From positions 1,080,001 through 1,112,000 of the forward strand of contig NC_014148.1 in the NCBI RefSeq assembly GCF_000092105.1: 32,000 bases of DNA. The letters run 5' to 3'. Below, piece after piece: positions 16,637 to 25,364 of the stretch (position 1 is the stretch's first letter; every line of letters begins with the position of its first letter). Source of the DNA: Planctopirus limnophila DSM 3776 (GTDB taxonomy: Bacteria > Planctomycetota > Planctomycetia > Planctomycetales > Planctomycetaceae). The translations under genes and the position numbers were made by a program. The notes under the pieces were generated by a model. The model searched no databases and was not told where the DNA came from. It saw only the letters and a list, made by a program, of their open reading frames with translations.

Positions 16637-16674
16637 CCAAAAACAAAAAGCCCGTCTCTCATGAGACAGGCTTT
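16637..16674 (-). terminator. Intrinsic terminator of rpsU
   Basis: Minus strand reads AAAGCCTGTCTC-ATGA-GAGACGGGCTTT followed by TTGTTTTTGG, 60 nt after the rpsU stop. Confidence 0.75.
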
Positions 16675-16734
16675 AGAAATTCGCGTGTGTGGTCGGTTGA
16701 ATGCTGAGGATTCAAACCCGAATTCATTGCAGGA

Positions 16735-16929
16735 CTAGGAGCTCATCACTCGCTGCAGCTTGGCACGGCGATCTGCACGACGACGTGTGCGACGCTTGGT
16801 TTCGCTGGGCTTTTCGTAGAATTCGCGGCGGCGCATTTCCTTCTTGATACCAGCATGCTCAACCAGTTTACGGAATCGCTTGACAGCATCATTGATCGAC
16901 TCATTTTCGCGCAACCGCAGCTTTACCAC
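16735..16929 (-). CDS. rpsU: 30S ribosomal protein S21
   Basis: [43 protein letters not shown] followed by a basic tail is a typical S21 (64 aa). GTG start with AAGGAG about 8 nt upstream. Confidence 0.93.
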   Translation of the reverse strand: MVKLRLRENESINDAVKRFRKLVEHAGIKKEMRRREFYEKPSETKRRTRRRADRRAKLQRVMSS

Positions 16930-17455
16930 GAAAAAACTCCTTCATTCTGTGTCTGCATCGGAATGGCCCTGTATGGGTGAAACCATCGGAAAAGCCCGCT
17001 AGGCTGCCACTTTGTAGCAAGTAAATGTAATCGATGGAAAACGATTCGCCAACTGTCCGAAGCACGAAATCGTGGCCTTGACCGTAATTTATGGTAGAAA
17101 ACAACTTACGAACTCCAACAGACCTCCAGTTGGTAAGTTTCGTCAACAAAATGCAGGGCAAACGTATGGCTTTTTCTTGTCGAAACAGATCCTCCGCTGG
17201 TTGATCAGCTTTTGCCGGATTTACCGGTTCAGCAGAACTTACCTGGAACATGCTTTTCGGGCCCAGGAACTGACAATCAATGCCCTGAGGCTGTGCTGTT
17301 GACTTGCGGCGACCTGATCTGGCGATATACTCGCCAGACCTGTCAGCCAGCTTACTTTGTGATTTGTGCCTCAAACGGGAAGAGCAGAATTCTTCCTGGC
17401 AACACAGTTACAAGAAGCTGACAGAAACAACGCAGTTTTCATCGATTGCCGTAAT

Positions 17456-17539
<84 letters not shown>

Positions 17540-17564
17540 CTTGATGAAACCTGAAGTTCGATTT

Positions 17565-17611
17565 GCAGAAGTCCGGCTGACTCGATGAGTGAGCCGGACT
17601 TCTGCTTTTTA
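17565..17611 (+). terminator. Intrinsic terminator after tRNA-Leu
   Basis: 14-bp stem GCAGAAGTCCGGCT / AGCCGGACTTCTGC followed by TTTTTA. Confidence 0.85.
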
Positions 17612-17932
17612 TGCCATGGCGTCGTGAGGATTTCTCAAGCTGCTCACGCCAGTATTGATGGTGAGGTTTTCTCCAAAAGGTGGCAGTTAGCGAATCTCGA
17701 ACACCCCGGCACTATTCGCCATCAGGGCGATTGAGAATACAAAATCTATGGTTCCGGAATCTTCATGAAGATTGGCCACCATCGCTTTTCCCGACCAAAC
17801 CGTGGCCCGCTGAGTGGTCTTCTGCTCCAATCCAAGGGACAATCTCAAACTTGAACCTGATAAGACGTTTGTCGTTTTCTCCTGGCGATGTCTGACCAAC
17901 CCGAACATTACAGCGATTAAGGATCACGGCTC

Positions 17933-19357
17933 ATGACGGAAACTCGCATCGAAACAGATTCCATGGGTGAAGTTCATGTCCCTGCCAAAGCCTACTACAG
18001 TGCTCAGACTCAGCGGGCGATTGAGAACTTCCCTGTTTCTGGCTGGACGTTGCACCCGGAACTGATTCGAGCCATGGGCTGGGTCAAGTATGCCTGTGGC
18101 GTGGCCAATCGAGATCTTGGCAAGCTCACTCACTCGGGAAAGAACAAGCTGACCGACCAGCAAGTGCAGTTCATGCTCGATGCGGCACTGGAAGTGGCCC
18201 ATGGGAAATGGGATGGCGAGTTCCCGATTGATGTCTTCCAGACAGGTTCTGGAACTTCGAGTAATATGAACGTCAATGAGGTCATTTCCAACCGCGCCAT
18301 TGAGCTGGCTGGTGGCGATCGATTTGAGGCGAAAAAGCCAATTCACCCCAATGATCACGTCAATATGGGGCAGTCGACGAATTGCACCTTCCCGACGGCC
18401 ATCCATGTGGCTGTGGCTCATTCGATCAAAACTCAACTGATTCCTGCGCTGAAGAATCTGGCGAATACGCTCGCTGAGAAGGCCAAGGCCTGGGATAAAG
18501 TTCTGAAAATTGGCCGCACACATCTGGCGGATGCGACACCGATTCGGCTGGGTCAGGAATTCAGTGGTTTTGCCCGCCAGCTTGAGCTTTCCGTTCAGAG
18601 GGCTCAGCAGGCTATGGCAGCCGTGATGGAACTTCCGGTGGGTGGTACTGCTGTCGGAACGGGAATCAACACACACCCTGAGTTCAGCAGTCGAGTCTGT
18701 GCCGTTTTGGCCAAAGAGCTGGGTATTCCCTTTATCGAAGCTGTGAACCATTTTGAGGCCAATGCCCAGCGCGATGGTTTGGTTGAGTGTCATGGCCATT
18801 TGCGGGCGATTGCCGTCACGCTCTTCAATGTCGCCAACAATATTCGCTGGCTCGGTTCGGGCCCACGGTGCGGTTTTTATGAAGTGATCCTGGCTGATCT
18901 TCAGCCGGGAAGCTCGATCATGCCCGGGAAGGTGAACCCGGTCATGTGTGAGAGCCTGATGCAGGTGGCGGCCCTGGTGATGGGAAATGACCAGACGGTG
19001 GCAATCAGTGGTGCCACAGGTGGAAACTTCCAATTGAATATTATGATGCCGGTGATGGGGCAGACGACGGTCGGGAGTGTGGTGGTGATGGCTGGCGGTG
19101 TCAAAGCCTTTGATGATCTCTGCGCCAAACTGATGGAGGCCAATCCTGAAGCTTGCGAAGCCTCCATCGAAAAAAGTCTCGCCATGGTCACCAGCCTTAA
19201 TCCATACATTGGCTACGAGAAGGCGGCACAACTGGCGAAAGAAGCCTTTAAAACCGGAAAAACCATTCGGCAATTGTGCCTCGAACAGAAGATTCTTTCC
19301 GAGGAACAACTCACTGAGGCTCTCGACCCTTACAGCATGACTGAGCCTCATGCCTGA
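17933..19357 (+). CDS. fumC: Class II fumarate hydratase (fumarase/aspartase superfamily)
   Basis: Superfamily signature GSSIMPGKVNP is present. QTGSGTSSNMNVNEVISNRA, the N-terminal DSMGEVHVPAKAYYSAQTQRA, and MCESL after the signature resemble FumC more than AspA. 474 aa. Confidence 0.88.
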   Translation: MTETRIETDSMGEVHVPAKAYYSAQTQRAIENFPVSGWTLHPELIRAMGWVKYACGVANRDLGKLTHSGKNKLTDQQVQFMLDAALEVAHGKWDGEFPIDVFQTGSGTSSNMNVNEVISNRAIELAGGDRFEAKKPIHPNDHVNMGQSTNCTFPTAIHVAVAHSIKTQLIPALKNLANTLAEKAKAWDKVLKIGRTHLADATPIRLGQEFSGFARQLELSVQRAQQAMAAVMELPVGGTAVGTGINTHPEFSSRVCAVLAKELGIPFIEAVNHFEANAQRDGLVECHGHLRAIAVTLFNVANNIRWLGSGPRCGFYEVILADLQPGSSIMPGKVNPVMCESLMQVAALVMGNDQTVAISGATGGNFQLNIMMPVMGQTTVGSVVVMAGGVKAFDDLCAKLMEANPEACEASIEKSLAMVTSLNPYIGYEKAAQLAKEAFKTGKTIRQLCLEQKILSEEQLTEALDPYSMTEPHA

Positions 19358-19387
19358 TCTCGAACTCGATTGATACGTCGAACTCAA

Positions 19388-19430
19388 CAAATGCGGCCCG
19401 ATCATACCTGATCAGGCCGCATTTGTGTTT
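19388..19430. terminator. Hairpin between convergent fumC and the exeA-like gene (possible bidirectional terminator)
   Basis: 11-bp outer stem CAAATGCGGCC / GGCCGCATTTG with an inner extension CCGATCA/TGATCAGG. TGTTT follows on the + strand. Confidence 0.65.
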
Positions 19431-19460
19431 GCGTCAACATGGAAGTTCAAACCGAGATCC

Positions 19461-20318
19461 TTATGCCGCCATGGCAGAGAGCATCTCTTCCGCGACAGCA
19501 TGGATGTGTTCGGCCGTCAGGCGGGCGAGGTTTTCTGAGTAACCGACCAGCAGTGCGAAATCACACAAGCGGTTGATTCTGCGAGGAACTCCTGCCGAGA
19601 GGAGATGAATGGCCTGCAGGGCATCGGTAGAGAACACGTTCGCGCGACACCCGGCGGCAGCCATCCGTCCGGTGACGTACTGGGTCGTTTCTTCCAGCGA
19701 GAGTGGTAAGAGCAGGCATTTGAAGGCCATCCGCTCGTCCAGTGGTCTCATCCGTTTGATCGCGCTGACCAGTTCGAGCTGGCCGGCAAAAATTGTGACG
19801 AGTTCCATCTTCCCCGGCTGAGAAAAATTCATCAGCGACTGAATCACTCCAAAGACTCGCCGGTCTTCGATCAACTGGGCGTCATCAAAGAGAAGAATCG
19901 TTTTGGTGCCTGCGGCTGTCAGAGATGTCAGGTGCTGCTCGATCACTTGCAGGCTGGAATCTGCAGTGCCGGGACGATGGTCTCCGGTAGATGCATGGAC
20001 GAGTTTGGAGGCAATATATCCCAGAAGTTCGGAGGGTGTCAGTTGTGGGAAAAGCACGGGGACAAAGCGGTATCTGGCTGTACCACTCTCTGAGTTCTTT
20101 GAGTTTTCATCAGCCTGTAACTCACGAGAGAGCATTTCCAGAACGGTTGTTTTTCCTAATCCTGGCTGGCCGGCCAGCAGGCCCGCCCCTTTCGACGTCT
20201 CGATCAGATAACGAAGCTTCAGCAGTGCGGCTTGATGTGAGCGACTCCCGAGAAATCCAGACGTGGGAAGTTCTCCACCAAATGGCGGCCGGGTTAATCC
20301 CCAATGAGATTCGTACAT
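19461..20318 (-). CDS. ExeA/GspA-like AAA ATPase (AAA_22-type P-loop)
   Basis: The N-terminus MYESHWGLTRPPF is the stereotyped ExeA/MshM-type start. Walker A is GQPGLGKT and Walker B is ILLFDDAQ. A C-terminal GVPRRINRLCD block is typical of this family. 285 aa. Confidence 0.85.
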   Translation of the reverse strand: MYESHWGLTRPPFGGELPTSGFLGSRSHQAALLKLRYLIETSKGAGLLAGQPGLGKTTVLEMLSRELQADENSKNSESGTARYRFVPVLFPQLTPSELLGYIASKLVHASTGDHRPGTADSSLQVIEQHLTSLTAAGTKTILLFDDAQLIEDRRVFGVIQSLMNFSQPGKMELVTIFAGQLELVSAIKRMRPLDERMAFKCLLLPLSLEETTQYVTGRMAAAGCRANVFSTDALQAIHLLSAGVPRRINRLCDFALLVGYSENLARLTAEHIHAVAEEMLSAMAA

Positions 20319-20360
20319 GTTGTTGACCTGTCAAAACAAATTCACTCTGCAAACCTGCAC

Positions 20361-20885
20361 TTACGGGGCAAGGTTTACAGGTGCTGCACTCTGGGAATAA
20401 GGGACGACTTCGACCCATGATTTTGTGGGAGAAGTTTCAGCGGAACGATCTGGCGAGAAAGCCATGGGCGGTTGTGGATCTGTTTCAATGGGCTCAATCT
20501 CGCCAGCAAACCAGACGGCCTGCTGGGAGACGGGCATTGTGGCTGACGAGTTGAAAGACGCGGGCTCAATCGTCTCTGTGCGGTCATTTTCATGCACCGA
20601 GTGGAGCGCGACTGTCACGTGAGCGGCGTCAGAGGATTCAAGCTTGCCAGCGTTGGGGTTTGATCGAGGGACAGGCACGAGCGCCTGCGGTGGATCTCCT
20701 CGTTCGAGTGAGCCGAGCAGGGCGTCAATCCCGGTGGATGAGTCTTCCTGATCGACGACGGCTGGAGACGGTGTCGCCCACCACAAGCCTATGGCGGCAC
20801 AAGGCAAGGCCATCAAAGCCAGAATCACGGCAGAAGTGATGATACGCAGTCGACTTTGGGCATACAGGCCGGAAAAGAAGGCCAT
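20361..20885 (-). CDS. Hypothetical single-pass membrane protein, upstream partner of the ExeA-like ATPase
   Basis: ATG 20885 with GGGAG 7 nt upstream. N-terminal helix IITSAVILALMALPCAAIGLWWA, and the remainder is Pro/Ser/Ala/Glu-rich. 42-nt gap to the ATPase gene on the same strand. No family recognised. Confidence 0.55.
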   Translation of the reverse strand: MAFFSGLYAQSRLRIITSAVILALMALPCAAIGLWWATPSPAVVDQEDSSTGIDALLGSLERGDPPQALVPVPRSNPNAGKLESSDAAHVTVALHSVHENDRTETIEPASFNSSATMPVSQQAVWFAGEIEPIETDPQPPMAFSPDRSAETSPTKSWVEVVPYSQSAAPVNLAP

Positions 20886-21004
20886 CGTCGACTCCCGATC
20901 AAGTGATTCAATGGCCAGGCCATGCCTGGACTACTACCTGTGTCACCTATCGGTTCGATGATGGAGTCGAGTTTAACGATTTTTCTGGTTTTGACGAAGG
21001 AGGA

Positions 21005-21039
21005 GTTAGAAGTTAGAAGTTGGAAGTTGGAAGTTGGAA
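21005..21039. repeat. Imperfect heptanucleotide microsatellite, 5 units
   Basis: GTTAGAA GTTAGAA GTTGGAA GTTGGAA GTTGGAA, read directly. Intergenic, between the rpsT terminator and the start of the 174-aa gene. Confidence 0.9.
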
Positions 21040-21100
21040 GGGGTGGAGTTCCCGAGCACTCTGTTCGCCAATTTCTAATTGAGCTTCTCAAGACTCGATT

Positions 21101-21138
21101 AGAACGAAAAGAGGTACTGACCATGGTCAGTACCTCTT
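21101..21138 (-). terminator. Intrinsic terminator of rpsT
   Basis: Perfect palindrome AAGAGGTACTGACC-AT-GGTCAGTACCTCTT (21109-21138). On the minus strand it is followed by TT(TT)CGTTCT. Lies 97 nt after the rpsT stop. Confidence 0.75.
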
Positions 21139-21234
21139 AGAATTCAGCGTCGCAGCAGGTTGTGAGGACTGGGCGATCACGCAATGCCATTTTGTGAGCC
21201 CTACACAAACTCACTGCGTGTGGTTCTTGACGAA

Positions 21235-21549
21235 CTACTCAGCGGCGGGTGCCTGTGCTGCGGCAGATTTGGCGGCGAGTGCTTTGTTGAGCGAAATTGT
21301 GAGTCGCGATTTATCGCGGGCGGCTTTGTTTTTGTGGATCAGGCCGCGAGCTGCCATCTGATCAATCTTCTTAATCGCCACGCGCAACTGAGTGGTGGCA
21401 TCATCCACAGGGCCGCCGGTGACAACAGCTGTGAACGTCAGGCGTGTCTTTTTCACTGTCGTACGCAGTACAGAACGCAGAACTCGATTGGCGGCTCGTC
21501 GCTTTAACTGTTTGCGAAGAGATCGTCTTGCACCGTCGCTGTTTGGCAT
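21235..21549 (-). CDS. rpsT: 30S ribosomal protein S20
   Basis: SLRKQLKRRAANRVLRSVLRTTVKK...IDQMAARGLIHKNKAARDKSRL is typical S20, with an Ala-rich tail. 104 aa. Confidence 0.92.
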   Translation of the reverse strand: MPNSDGARRSLRKQLKRRAANRVLRSVLRTTVKKTRLTFTAVVTGGPVDDATTQLRVAIKKIDQMAARGLIHKNKAARDKSRLTISLNKALAAKSAAAQAPAAE

Positions 21550-22002
21550 AACTACTGAACCAGATTGACGTTAAGTTGCATTAAAAATGCTTGCCATAAA
21601 CACTTTTCAAGAGACAAGCACCCAAAGAGAACTGGGAGTTTATCGCCTGTTCTCTGGTATTTCCAGTCAATCGCCCTGCGATTCGAGTTCCTCAAGTCAC
21701 TTCGCTGCAAATAATTGCGGGTGTTATTCATTCAACAAAGTCTGGAGAGCTTAGTCTCACAATTCTGCCGGATTGTTGTCTACAATGTGAGCGTGCGAAT
21801 CCGTTGGTAATTCAGTGTCACGAGAGCGAGTTATTTGCGCGATCCAGTGAATCTCAAGACATCTCGATCCTCGGACAATCCTGCCACGGGGAGTTGTGGC
21901 GAGATGAAAAACCCTGTCTGAAAATGAACCAGCACGACATCCTCGCTTCCGTTACCATCGAAGGCTCGCAGCGACCCGCAATCAAAGTTCTCAGGAATTG
22001 GA

Positions 22003-22770
22003 ATGAACGGCTACGCACTCTGGTCAATCCTGTTGCTGATCTTTGGTTTGACCACATTAATTGCTGAAGTCTTCATTCCCTCTGGCGGGGCACTAGCAGT
22101 CATTACTGTCCTGGCGATTGTGGGCTCGTTGATTTTTTCGGCCATGGCGTGGCTGTGGGCGGCACCACTCGTTTTCGCGGCTCATTTTGCTCTCGTTCTG
22201 GTGCTGGTGCCGCTCTGCCTGCTGGGGGCTCTTGAAATTCTCCCGAGAACACGAGCTGGTAAGCGGATGATTCTGCAAGGGCCGGATGGTGATCGATTGA
22301 AAGCGCCACAGGCATCGACGGACGAAAAACTGGCTTCTCTGGTGGGACGCCAAGGGTTGGCTAGAACAGCATTATCGCCAGGTGGATCAGTAATGATCGA
22401 CGACGTTCGCTACTCGGCCATTTCCGGAGAATCGTTGATTGACCCAGGTTCCCCGATTGTCGTCACGGGTTTACGTGGATCGACGCTGATTGTTTCCCCT
22501 TTAGCAAAGGAATTGGTGACGACCCAGCTCCCGGCTGGTTCACCAGCTCAATCCCTCCCGCCTGAAACGGATCAAAGGACGAATCTTCGGGAGGATCAAG
22601 TTTTTCCAGCAACGGAGCCCGGATCATCGACAATTCAGGAGGCTCAGTTGCCAAACCCTGAAACCTCGCCGTCCTTTCCACAGCCTTCTCCTGTGGTGGA
22701 GCTCGATCCATTCGCTCAACTGGCTGACGATCCTGATAACATCGCCTCAGATAACACGAAAGCGGTTTGA
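22003..22770 (+). CDS. nfeD: NfeD-family membrane protein
   Basis: The N-terminal ~90 aa form 3 hydrophobic helices (LWSILLLIFGLTTLIAEVFIPSGGALAVITVLAIVGSLIF...). An OB-fold-like NfeD C-domain follows (GRQGLARTALSPGGSVMIDDVRYSAISGESLIDPGSPIVVTGLRGSTLIVSP). It lies upstream of floA, the classical pairing. It also carries an extra ~75-aa Pro/Ser/Glu-rich tail. Confidence 0.8.
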   Translation: MNGYALWSILLLIFGLTTLIAEVFIPSGGALAVITVLAIVGSLIFSAMAWLWAAPLVFAAHFALVLVLVPLCLLGALEILPRTRAGKRMILQGPDGDRLKAPQASTDEKLASLVGRQGLARTALSPGGSVMIDDVRYSAISGESLIDPGSPIVVTGLRGSTLIVSPLAKELVTTQLPAGSPAQSLPPETDQRTNLREDQVFPATEPGSSTIQEAQLPNPETSPSFPQPSPVVELDPFAQLADDPDNIASDNTKAV

Positions 22771-23141
22771 GTTTTATCGACGACTGCAAATGCTCACACT
22801 CTGGGGCAAGAGCACGGAATCAGGTCGCCTCGGCAGGCAATCCCATGTCGACGGGAGTGAAACATCCCTTTGTGAAGAAGAGATGAGATCTATTGGCTTG
22901 GCTCTAGAAAACGATTCACTCCTTGATTTGTGCTTCTCGTAAGGTTAGACCGTAGGAAATCAAGTGGGTTCGTACTGCTGCTCCCGAGTGAGAATGAAGC
23001 GTTAAAGGGACTGATCTGATGCGGCAGAGTTTTCGTTGTGAATTCTGAGAGGCCTCATCAGAAAGTTGCTGTTGTCGCATTTTCGTCAGACTTTCAACTT
23101 CCGTAAAAAACATCCATTTCTGACCCGAGTTTGAGGTTCGC

Positions 23142-24200
23142 ATGCTAGGTGATTTTGCGGCTGATTCTGGATTCTTGCTGGCCCAGAACCGAACGACGGG
23201 GATTGTCATTGGTGTGACAGCCGTCGTTGTCATATTCGGTCTGATTCTGACTTACCTGCTGATTCGTTTTTTCAGCCTCTGGATTCAGTGCAAGTTGACG
23301 GGCGTTGGGATTGGTATGTTCCAACTTGTCACGATGTCGATCCGTAAGGTTGATCCCGATGTCATCGTGCGGGCCAAGATTATGGCCGTGCAATCTGGGA
23401 TGACAGAGATCTATCCCATCACGACTCGCGATCTCGAGGCCCATTACCTCTCACGAGGGAATGTGTTGAATGTCATCAAAGCCATGGTGGCAGCATATCG
23501 CGCCAAGATTGAATTGAGTTGGCAGACCGCTCAGGCGATTGATCTTGCCGGACGTGATCTGCTGGAAGCTGTTCGCACCAGTGTCTATCCCAAAATCATC
23601 GATTGTCCTGATCCACGCAAAGGTTCGAACACACTCGACGCTGTGGCTCAGGATGGGATTCAGTTGAAAGCGCGAGCCCGAGTGACTGTGCGTACAAATC
23701 TCCAGCAACTAATTGGTGGTGCCACCGAAGAAACGATTATTGCTCGTGTGGGGCAGGGGATTGTGCGGGCGATTGGCTCGACCGAAAACTACAAAAAAGT
23801 TCTGGAGAATCCCGACCGTATATCACAAACAGTGCTGGAACTGGGACTCGAAGCGAATACGGCTTTTGAAATTGTCTCCATCGACATTGCTGATATCGAT
23901 GTGGGCGAGAATGTCGGTGCTCGGCTGTCTGCTGATCAGGCTGAAGCTGACATGCGTGTCGCTCAGGCGAATGCTGAGCAACGACGTGCGGAGTTTACGG
24001 CTCGCGAACAGGAAATGATTGCTGAAGTCCAGGCCAATCGAGCGGAAGTTGTTCTGGCAGAAGCGGAAGTTCCTAAAGCGGTTGCCGAAGCTTTCCAGAA
24101 CGGCGCATTGGGGCTGCTCGATTACTACGAATTGAAAAACGTCCAGGCGGATACTCAGATGCGATCTGCTATTGCCGGGCAATCTGTCACACAGAGATAA
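23142..24200 (+). CDS. floA: Flotillin-like protein FloA (UPF0365/YqfA, SPFH superfamily)
   Basis: Blocks [91 protein letters not shown] and [12 protein letters not shown] align block-for-block with Bacillus subtilis FloA as I recall it. There is an N-terminal membrane hairpin. Confidence 0.92.
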   Translation: MLGDFAADSGFLLAQNRTTGIVIGVTAVVVIFGLILTYLLIRFFSLWIQCKLTGVGIGMFQLVTMSIRKVDPDVIVRAKIMAVQSGMTEIYPITTRDLEAHYLSRGNVLNVIKAMVAAYRAKIELSWQTAQAIDLAGRDLLEAVRTSVYPKIIDCPDPRKGSNTLDAVAQDGIQLKARARVTVRTNLQQLIGGATEETIIARVGQGIVRAIGSTENYKKVLENPDRISQTVLELGLEANTAFEIVSIDIADIDVGENVGARLSADQAEADMRVAQANAEQRRAEFTAREQEMIAEVQANRAEVVLAEAEVPKAVAEAFQNGALGLLDYYELKNVQADTQMRSAIAGQSVTQR

Positions 24201-24316
24201 TGTTGATTTGCTCTGTTAACACTCATCACGATCCTGTTTGAGTGTGGTGTTCGTGAGAGCTGGAGACCGGGGAATCAGACCCGGTTGATCGATTGAGTCA
24301 TGATGAGGGCAGGCCG

Positions 24317-25054
24317 ATGTTCACACCGGGCGATTTCTTGCTGGCTCCCTCGTTAGGGATTGATGCCGGGCAGATTGTCGGTTTGCTGGTGCTCCTGTTT
24401 ACTGTCCTGAGTTGGGTCGTCAATGCGATTCAGGGTGCCCAGAAGGCGATGGCTGAAAAGCAGGCGAAAGAGAAGTTTCGCACGCCTCCCAAAGACAACG
24501 CTTCCACCAAAATAGAAGAATTTCTTCGAGAAGCCAACGAGAAGCTTTCGGGGGGGGATCAGGAGCGAACTCAACGACGTGCGGAAGAAGCCCGTCGCCG
24601 GCAGGAAGCTCTGCAGCGAAAAACTGCCAAAGAGCAACAAAAACAGCAGAAAAAACCTAAGGATTCGACTGCTCGACCACAAGGTAGCAGCATTGGTGGG
24701 AAAGGACTTGCGAATCCATCGAACCGCCCATTTGCGAACACGGCTCCTTCGTCGAACCCGAGTTCATTTCCCAGTTCCTCTGGAGCACTCAATCTCAATG
24801 AGCCTGTGGGAACTGCAAATTCAGCCAGCATGTCCGGTACTGCGTCTCAGACGGCGAACCCATCGCAATTTGGTGAGCTGGGGATGATGGCCGGAGGGAC
24901 TGCTGGTAATCAGACGGGGAATCTGGCTGACCCCGGGCGAATGTCTGCAGCGACGGGGCCGCACCCGATTATTGAAATGCTGAAACGTCCCGGCGGTGCA
25001 GCACAGGCCGTCCTCATCAATGAAATTCTCTCGCGTCCCAGGTCGCTTCGATAG
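24317..25054 (+). CDS. Hypothetical membrane-anchored protein: charged helix plus disordered Ser/Asn/Gly/Pro-rich region
   Basis: ATG 24317 is preceded by GAGGG. TM helix IVGLLVLLFTVLSWVVNAI, then a Lys/Glu/Arg/Gln-rich helix (RRAEEARRRQEALQRKTAKEQQKQQKK), then low complexity, then an ordered-looking end GPHPIIEMLKRPGGAAQAVLINEILSRPRSL. Same strand as floA, 116 nt after it. Confidence 0.6.
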   Translation: MFTPGDFLLAPSLGIDAGQIVGLLVLLFTVLSWVVNAIQGAQKAMAEKQAKEKFRTPPKDNASTKIEEFLREANEKLSGGDQERTQRRAEEARRRQEALQRKTAKEQQKQQKKPKDSTARPQGSSIGGKGLANPSNRPFANTAPSSNPSSFPSSSGALNLNEPVGTANSASMSGTASQTANPSQFGELGMMAGGTAGNQTGNLADPGRMSAATGPHPIIEMLKRPGGAAQAVLINEILSRPRSLR

Positions 25055-25201
25055 CCCCAGGTTACTCTGCTCACAGAGTATCAGACTGGGAATAATCGAC
25101 AGGTCGCTGGTCTTGGCTGATGCATCAACGTGGTGGTTTAAATCGCCAGTGATGACTTTAGACGCTTGCGAGAGATCTGTGATGCTGAGAGAGGTTTGTC
25201 A

Positions 25202-25233
25202 GGCATGCTTGCTCAAAGCTGCAAGCATGGCAC
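25202..25233 (+). repeat. 32-nt hairpin repeat 'H', copy 2
   Basis: GGCATGCTTGCTCAAAGCTGCAAGCATGGCAC, with 9-bp stem CATGCTTGC/GCAAGCATG. Confidence 0.88.
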
Positions 25234-25280
25234 GAAGGACACCACATGAGCCCGACATCTATAAACAGCGTACTACGGGC

Positions 25281-25364
25281 GGATGGCTGGGGTTGAGTCT
25301 TCGAAGCCCCAGCGATTATCGGCACGAACTGGGGGTTCGCGAAGACGCTCAACCCCAGCCACCC
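25281..25364. repeat. Inverted pair of hairpin arms (long palindromic element), copy 2
   Basis: Arm GGATGGCTGGGGTTGAGTCTTCGAAGCCCCA (25281-25311), 18-nt spacer, then arm TGGGGGTTCGCGAAGACGCTCAACCCCAGCCACCC (25330-25364). It is the reverse complement of the 16426-16509 copy at ~90% identity. Confidence 0.92.

Noticed and set aside
16901-17374. 157-aa minus-strand ORF upstream of rpsU
   Set aside because: It overlaps the rpsU SD and start by 29 nt in another frame. Its composition is Arg/Cys/Ser-rich with no motif and no obvious SD. It is probably non-coding leader/promoter DNA, although expression cannot be excluded without data.
17924-19405. 493-aa ORF on the minus strand, the longest ORF in that region
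   Set aside because: It is exactly antisense and codon-phased to fumC, which has unambiguous family signatures. The antisense frame is open only because fumC lacks TTA/CTA/TCA codons. The product is His/Arg-rich, has no motifs and has no SD. It is a shadow ORF.
20825-21124. 99-aa minus-strand ORF crossing the heptamer repeat
   Set aside because: Its start lies inside the rpsT terminator palindrome and it overlaps the start of the 174-aa gene. Part of its sequence is simply the translated microsatellite (PTSNFQLLTSNS).
22916-23233. 105-aa minus-strand ORF in the nfeD-floA gap
   Set aside because: It overlaps the floA start by 92 nt on the opposite strand. It has no SD and no motifs.
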